Part shown: one piece after another, positions 59,194-64,000 of the stretch | Numbering within the stretch: position 1 is the stretch's first letter | Layout of the letters: each line of letters starts with the position of its first letter | The notes under the pieces: generated by a model | What the model was told of the DNA's origin: nothing | Seen by the model: only the letters and a program-made list of their open reading frames with translations | Databases searched by the model: none | Program-made: the position numbers and the translations under genes | IMG/VR virus record: IMGVR_UViG_3300045004_000209 | Length of the DNA stretch: 64,000 bases | Direction: 5' to 3' (one strand) | Source: an uncultured virus (IMG/VR IMGVR_UViG_3300045004_000209) | Taxonomy: Duplodnaviria > Heunggongvirae > Uroviricota > Caudoviricetes

Positions 59194-60137
59194 GCACTAC
59201 AAAAGCACCTCAAGAGTCTAGTAACGGATTAGAAGCATATTCGGTTTCACGCATTATAGACAACTTCTTGCAGTGGAAAAACATTGTTGACAAGAGTAGA
59301 AGTTATGCCGTTTATCATCCATCTGCATTTGGGAAGTGCCTGCGTAAGATGCAATTTCAGCGCTACTCTTCTCTTGGTATAATTGAGCAACCAGAGAAAA
59401 GTTTTGACGCACGCACCATAAGAATTTTTGACACAGGTCACACTATGCATCACCGCTGGTCTGAATATATGCGATCTTTGAAGGTCTTGAGGGGCATATG
59501 GAAATGCCAGTCTTGTGGGCATGTGCATGGCAATGAAGAAATGCTGGGGTGCTTTGAACCACAGGGCTGTGCGGATTGTGGCAGTCCGCTGCTTGTTTAT
59601 CAAGAAATAACTATTCAGGACAAGGGCATTAATTTCCACGGGCATGTCGATCAGGTGATCGACTTCGGATCTATAAGGGAAGATTTCATAAAAAGTAGTC
59701 ACGGTCAAGCTGTTGCTGGAGATCTTTCCAATCTTCCATCTGGTCCATTTGTGGTTGACATGAAGTCAATAGGCAAGAGTCAATGGAGCAGGATAGCCAA
59801 CGAGCCACATTTTGAATATGTGGTTCAACTTACGACATACATACACATACTTGGTCTTGAGTGTGGCATGCTCATTTATGAGAAAAAAGATGATTCTGAG
59901 TTGAGGTTCTTTAAAATACCTAGAAATGATGAGATGTGGGAGGACATAAAAAAACAGGCAGGTCTCATGCTCGAAATGTCTGAGAGGAAGAGTTTGCCGC
60001 CGCCAAGGCCAAAGAGCAAAGATTCTTGGGAATGTAAGATGTGTGAGTACAAGGAAATGTGTCATTCTGCTGGCATTTGGAATCGCGCGGATCTCGATGA
60101 CTTGCGTCGTAAGTTTTACCCATTCGATAGGGAGTAA
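59190..60137 (+). CDS. Cas4-like PD-(D/E)xK exonuclease with Fe-S cluster Cys and an inserted zinc ribbon
   Basis: PSAFGKC, GHTMH, GHVD, VDMKS, QLTTY and C-terminal CKMCEYKEMC, plus extra CQSC..CADC. Confidence 0.82.
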   Translation: MSTTKAPQESSNGLEAYSVSRIIDNFLQWKNIVDKSRSYAVYHPSAFGKCLRKMQFQRYSSLGIIEQPEKSFDARTIRIFDTGHTMHHRWSEYMRSLKVLRGIWKCQSCGHVHGNEEMLGCFEPQGCADCGSPLLVYQEITIQDKGINFHGHVDQVIDFGSIREDFIKSSHGQAVAGDLSNLPSGPFVVDMKSIGKSQWSRIANEPHFEYVVQLTTYIHILGLECGMLIYEKKDDSELRFFKIPRNDEMWEDIKKQAGLMLEMSERKSLPPPRPKSKDSWECKMCEYKEMCHSAGIWNRADLDDLRRKFYPFDRE

Positions 60138-60139
60138 TT

Positions 60140-60643
60140 ATGGATCTAGTTAAATCAGGTCTTGAAGCTCTCAAGTCTATTGTTGCGGAAATAGAATCAG
60201 TTATGGCTGAAAAGAGAGGTCTTGACGCTAAGATTTCTGACCTGAAAAAGCAAGAAGAGCAGATAAGATCTGTTATACATGCAGGAATGAATGACGCGAA
60301 TAGCAAGGAATTGATTTTTAATGGTCTTGGCCAAGTGGTTGTGCGCAAAGGTCCAAGACAATTCATCATCGATGATGAAACAGCTTTTGCTGATTTAGCC
60401 AAACGCAGCAACAGATACGAGGATATCTTCAAGACTGAAGTTAAGATGTCAAAGACGGCTGCCAACAAATTTCTGTCTGATCTTCAGTCATGCGGATCTC
60501 TTCCAGGTTGTGTTTCTGTAAAGGAAGGGGAGATTGGCATCAGCATCACATGGGAAAAAGAAGAGTCTAAGCTAGCGCCAAAGGTGACAATAAAACCACA
60601 AGAGTTAAGCAAAGACATCATCGAAGATTTGGACACTCTATGA
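60140..60643 (+). CDS. Siphovirus Gp157/Gam-like protein
   Basis: Coiled coil EKRGLDAKISDLKKQEE, then VVRKGP..IIDDE..K..K..LPG, matching the Gp157 pattern by eye. Confidence 0.6.
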   Translation: MDLVKSGLEALKSIVAEIESVMAEKRGLDAKISDLKKQEEQIRSVIHAGMNDANSKELIFNGLGQVVVRKGPRQFIIDDETAFADLAKRSNRYEDIFKTEVKMSKTAANKFLSDLQSCGSLPGCVSVKEGEIGISITWEKEESKLAPKVTIKPQELSKDIIEDLDTL

Positions 60644-60861
60644 AGGGAATAGTTGAGGTGATGTGCAAGGAGGCTGAATATGATCCTAGCACTGGGATGG
60701 TTTCCTGGCGCTTAGAGACACCTGATGGAGAAAGAGTGGCACTTTATCATGTATCTGATCTTGTACCGACAATAGGAATCAGCGGAGATCCTACCCACGA
60801 TGATTGGCATTTTTTCTGCAAGGTCATTAAGGGAAAAAAGTTTAAGATGCAATTTGAATAA
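60640..60861 (+). CDS. Small hypothetical protein
   Basis: 73 aa with an ATGA overlap. Confidence 0.65.
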   Translation: MKGIVEVMCKEAEYDPSTGMVSWRLETPDGERVALYHVSDLVPTIGISGDPTHDDWHFFCKVIKGKKFKMQFE

Positions 60862-60863
60862 TT

Positions 60864-61217
60864 ATGGAAAAGCTCAAGATAATTGTATTTGGCAGCGACA
60901 ACTGCCCCAAATGCATGATGCAGAAGAAGGAGTTTAACTCTCTTGGAGTACCTTTTGAATTCGTTGATGCTCTTATCGAAGAAAATCAAAAACTGTGCGA
61001 CCATATGGATGTGGAAGAGCTTCCACATTCTATATGCTTTTTGGAGGCTGCTATGAAACCTGTTCATGAATACAGGGGTTTTATTTTTGCACAACTTTTT
61101 ATGGACCAAGTTGTAAGAAGGCTCTCTAAAGGCAAGCAGGTCAAGTTTGTAAGTAACATACATCCGCACAGGGGCAGGGCTAAAAATGAAGATTCGGGCA
61201 TGGATTTTATGAAATGA
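60864..61217 (+). CDS. Glutaredoxin/thioredoxin-fold protein
   Basis: IIVFGSDNCPKC and cis-Pro region EELP. Confidence 0.8.
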   Translation: MEKLKIIVFGSDNCPKCMMQKKEFNSLGVPFEFVDALIEENQKLCDHMDVEELPHSICFLEAAMKPVHEYRGFIFAQLFMDQVVRRLSKGKQVKFVSNIHPHRGRAKNEDSGMDFMK

Positions 61218-63166
61218 ACGATAAGTTAAATGGTGAGCAAATTCAGGCGGTCATGCATCGTGAGGGACCGTGCATAGTGTCTGCATGCCCAGGATCTGGA
61301 AAGACTAGGGTAGTTACTCATAGGGCTGCCACTATGCTTGCAGAAGGCATACCTGGGGGGTCGATGCTTCTAATCACATTCACCAACAAGGCTGCAAAAG
61401 AAATGAAGGCTCGCCTTATGCGGCTGTGCGAGGTTAACAATATTACTGGTGCAGAACATGTTGTCATCAGTACTTTCCACGCACTTTGTGCAAAATTGAT
61501 TCGATTTGGCTTCATTCAGAATGGTTTGTGTGAAAATTTTACCATTCTAGACGAGGATCAGGCGTTGCATCTGATGAGTGAAGTTGCACATGAGCACGGT
61601 CTTGACAGAGACGATGCAAAGAAACTACATTATATTTATGCTTCTTGGCGCGAGACGAAAGATGGATGGCTCGGTCAGTATATTTCCAATACTTTTGGGG
61701 ATCAAAAAGAGATTGACATTATCAGCGCGTATGAGTCAGCCATGAAAGCAAGCAATGCCACCGATTTTGCAGGTCTGATTAGGGATGTCGCAAGATCCGT
61801 GTCAACCTCAGACGAGACTGTAAAAAAACTTTCTAATATATTTAAATACGTGGTTGTTGATGAGGCTCAGGATACTAATGATGCGCAGTTTCATATAGCA
61901 ACAAGAATTGCTAGTCATGGAAATATAATGATTGTTGGTGATGCTGATCAGGCAATTTATGAATGGCGTGGTGCAAAGCCAGACAACATGTTTAATATGC
62001 AAAAAAACATGGATAAATGCAGACTGATTCGCCTACAGACCAACTATAGAAGCACAGCAAGCATTACTGATCCTGCTTCCGCACTTATTGCCTATAATGG
62101 CAACAGGCTCAATGAATTTATCAATCCTTACAGCAGTGATGGGTTGCCAATAAAAGTCTCAGTGCATATAGACAGAGAAGACGAAGCCCAAGAAATTTGC
62201 AAGAAAATCAGGACTCTTGCTTCTTCTGGGGTGTCAATTAAGCGTATAGCTATCCTTTTTAGAATCAACAGTCAAAGCCGAGCTTTTGAGATGTGGTTGA
62301 GAAATTTTTCTATACCTTACAAGTTGATTGGTGCATTCAAGTTTCTAGACCGAGAAGAGGTCAAAGATGTTTTGTCGATGCTCAAGTTTGCAGTAAACAA
62401 TGTTGATTCAATTAGCTTCAGTCGGTTTGCAAACAAGCCCTCAAGGGGACTAGGTGCTTCCGCAGTTTCCATTCTTGCTCCACGACTTATCCTCGGCAAC
62501 ATAAAAGCAGTAATAACTAGAGTTGAGGCTGATTCTGCTTTCTCTCCCAAGCAAAGGGATGCATTGGTGTCTGTTCTATCTGCTTTCGAAGGATTGTACC
62601 CGAATAGCAACCCAGGTGAGGCAGCAGAACTTTTGGTTCAAAGGCTTGGCTATAAAAAGCATCTTGAGGCATCAACAAAAGAGAAGCACAAATCAGAAGA
62701 AAAAATTGACAATGTAGACGAGTTAATAAAATATGCATACTCTTTTTTTGAGCAGGGTAAGGGTTCCTTGAGGGATTTTTGTGCGTCTCTTTCTTTATCT
62801 GATGATGACAGGGACGAAGAAACAGATCAGTCAGTCAATCTGATGAGCATGCATGCTTCCAAAGGTCTAGAGTTTGACACTGTTTTTGTGGTTGGATGTG
62901 AAGAGGGATCCATACCGCACGAGAGGTCGATAAAAGAGAATAGTCTAGCCAAGATTGAGGAAGAGAGAAGATTGATGTATGTGGCCATGACAAGAGCCGA
63001 GAAGAGGCTCAGTATGACTATGAGTCTTTTTGATGGTAAAAGCAGAAACAAAGTTGGTAGAGTTTTCATTAAGAGATACTCGCGTTTCTTGCAAGAGGCC
63101 GGATTGATGGATGCAGAAATTTTTTCTGAAAAAGTAGCCGAAATAAGAGCCTGTTTGAATGACTAA
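61214..63166 (+). CDS. uvrD: UvrD/PcrA SF1 DNA helicase
   Basis: LNGEQ, ACPGSGKT, TFTNKAA, VDEAQD, VGDADQAIY, NYRS, HASKGLEF and EERRLMYVAMTRA. Confidence 0.95.
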   Translation: MNDKLNGEQIQAVMHREGPCIVSACPGSGKTRVVTHRAATMLAEGIPGGSMLLITFTNKAAKEMKARLMRLCEVNNITGAEHVVISTFHALCAKLIRFGFIQNGLCENFTILDEDQALHLMSEVAHEHGLDRDDAKKLHYIYASWRETKDGWLGQYISNTFGDQKEIDIISAYESAMKASNATDFAGLIRDVARSVSTSDETVKKLSNIFKYVVVDEAQDTNDAQFHIATRIASHGNIMIVGDADQAIYEWRGAKPDNMFNMQKNMDKCRLIRLQTNYRSTASITDPASALIAYNGNRLNEFINPYSSDGLPIKVSVHIDREDEAQEICKKIRTLASSGVSIKRIAILFRINSQSRAFEMWLRNFSIPYKLIGAFKFLDREEVKDVLSMLKFAVNNVDSISFSRFANKPSRGLGASAVSILAPRLILGNIKAVITRVEADSAFSPKQRDALVSVLSAFEGLYPNSNPGEAAELLVQRLGYKKHLEASTKEKHKSEEKIDNVDELIKYAYSFFEQGKGSLRDFCASLSLSDDDRDEETDQSVNLMSMHASKGLEFDTVFVVGCEEGSIPHERSIKENSLAKIEEERRLMYVAMTRAEKRLSMTMSLFDGKSRNKVGRVFIKRYSRFLQEAGLMDAEIFSEKVAEIRACLND

Positions 63167-63902
63167 CGCAAAGAAGATCGAGGAATTCTTTGGATGCCAT
63201 CAAGGTCAACCTGGTGTTGTCATGTGCTCTGGGCCGTCTCTGCTATCTGTTGATAAAGAAGAATTATATCGCTTCCCCACTGTAGCTGTCAATTCTTCTA
63301 TACTCCACTATCTAGATTGTAACTATTTTATATCTGATGACCAAGATTTGAAAAATTGGAGTTATTTTACAAAAGACTTGCCCCAGTCGCGATGTGTAAA
63401 ATTTCTGTTCGGTAAAAAATTAGGATTTGAAGCAAGAAGGTTTAGAGGTTCAGATGTGTGCTTGTTTGATCACACTTGGTGGTATGACCCATCAACTGGA
63501 AGAAAAAATGTAGATGGCATTGTTATGGAGAACAATAAGTCAGGTAAGTTGATTGGGGCAAGATCAAGCGCTGCAAGCGCAATACACCTTCTTTATCTGA
63601 TGGGTTGCTGCCCAATATTGATTGTTGGCATGGATGGGGGGCTTGTCAATGGCAAGAGATATTTTTGGGAGATGCATGATCAGCCAAAGGTCTGGAGGAA
63701 GTCAGGAGGATTGCCTCGCGGAGCTATGTCTATGATCATAGGCAAGAAGGAATTGAATGAGATTAATTCATATTGGAATGAGTTTTGCGAGGCTAATGAG
63801 TCGTGGGTGGGAAATATATGGAATTGTTGTACCACTTCTAATGTGAGAGCATTTAAGAAGATGTTTTGGAATGATGCCATTTCGCAACTAAAGATGAGGT
63901 AA
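63159..63902 (+). CDS. DUF115/Maf-like (MptE-like fold) putative glycosyltransferase
   Basis: VVMCSGPSL, VAVNS, FISDD, SSAASAIHLLYLMGCCPILIVGMD and IWNC. Confidence 0.72.
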   Translation: MTNAKKIEEFFGCHQGQPGVVMCSGPSLLSVDKEELYRFPTVAVNSSILHYLDCNYFISDDQDLKNWSYFTKDLPQSRCVKFLFGKKLGFEARRFRGSDVCLFDHTWWYDPSTGRKNVDGIVMENNKSGKLIGARSSAASAIHLLYLMGCCPILIVGMDGGLVNGKRYFWEMHDQPKVWRKSGGLPRGAMSMIIGKKELNEINSYWNEFCEANESWVGNIWNCCTTSNVRAFKKMFWNDAISQLKMR

Positions 63903-63906
63903 TTAA

Positions 63907-64000
63907 ATGTCTGCTGTAGCAATAGTTCCGTGCCGAGCAGGATCGAAAGGTGTTATAGGAAAAAACAGAGCGGAGGTCAATTGTTTGCCTCTTTTCTTGT
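63907..64000 (+). CDS. neuA: Acylneuraminate (CMP-nonulosonate) cytidylyltransferase, 3' partial
   Basis: Manual translation gives MSAVAIVPCRAGSKGVIGKNRAEVNCLPLFL, which matches the NeuA/KdsB-family N-terminal motif AIIPARGGSKG..GKN....GxPL. Only 31 codons are visible. Confidence 0.75.
   Translation, partial: MSAVAIVPCRAGSKGVIGKNRAEVNCLPLFL

Larger units (their letters stand above)
1..64000 (+). mobile_element. Segment of a large/jumbo bacteriophage genome (structural, glycosylation and DNA replication modules)
   Basis: Single-strand dense gene packing with overlapping stops and starts. Giant orphan structural-type ORFs are followed by a phage-style replication cluster (DnaB, DnaE, primase, RecA, SSB-like, Cas4-like, Gp157-like). 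There is no cellular housekeeping context. Confidence 0.9.

Noticed and set aside
59190..60137. Cas4 as evidence of a CRISPR-Cas system
   Set aside because: No array, cas1 or cas2 in the window; solo Cas4-like nucleases are common in phage replication modules.
229..63922. Numerous short minus-strand and alternate-frame ORFs
   Set aside because: All lie within longer + strand genes and show no recognisable motifs, so they are treated as shadow ORFs.
1..64000. Stop-codon reassignment, as seen in some large phages
   Set aside because: Coding density is near complete in the standard code, and TAA, TAG and TGA all end genes. The dnaE break is a frame change, not a readthrough.

Overview
This window is part of a large (probably jumbo) tailed-bacteriophage genome. 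All credible genes are on the + strand, densely packed in the standard code, and no RNA genes, CRISPR arrays or IS elements are visible. It has four blocks. (1) 1-38131 holds very large putative virion/appendage proteins, including two of about 4,100 aa with nested domains. One has RCC1 repeats plus several glycoside-hydrolase-like barrels. The other has a VWA domain whose halves lie about 3,000 residues apart, enclosing LamG, FN3, Kelch and PPC-like modules. A third protein carries a trypsin-like catalytic triad. (2) 38147-42866 has six tandem glycosyltransferases abutting the last structural gene. (3) 42857-63166 is a replication/recombination module: Myb-like metallophosphoesterase, SF2 helicase, degenerate DnaC-like loader, DnaB, a primase split into separate zinc-finger and TOPRIM genes, an intein-free split DnaE, SSB-like protein, RecA, Cas4-like nuclease, Gp157-like protein, glutaredoxin and UvrD. 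(4) 63159-64000 has a Maf/DUF115-like gene and the start of a NeuA-like cytidylyltransferase absent from the ORF track. The best candidate novel systems are a phage-encoded glycosylation pathway, possibly using nonulosonic acid and acting on Ser-rich virion proteins, and a replisome with a fragmented polymerase and primase. All family calls are by-eye motif recognition; no database searches were run.
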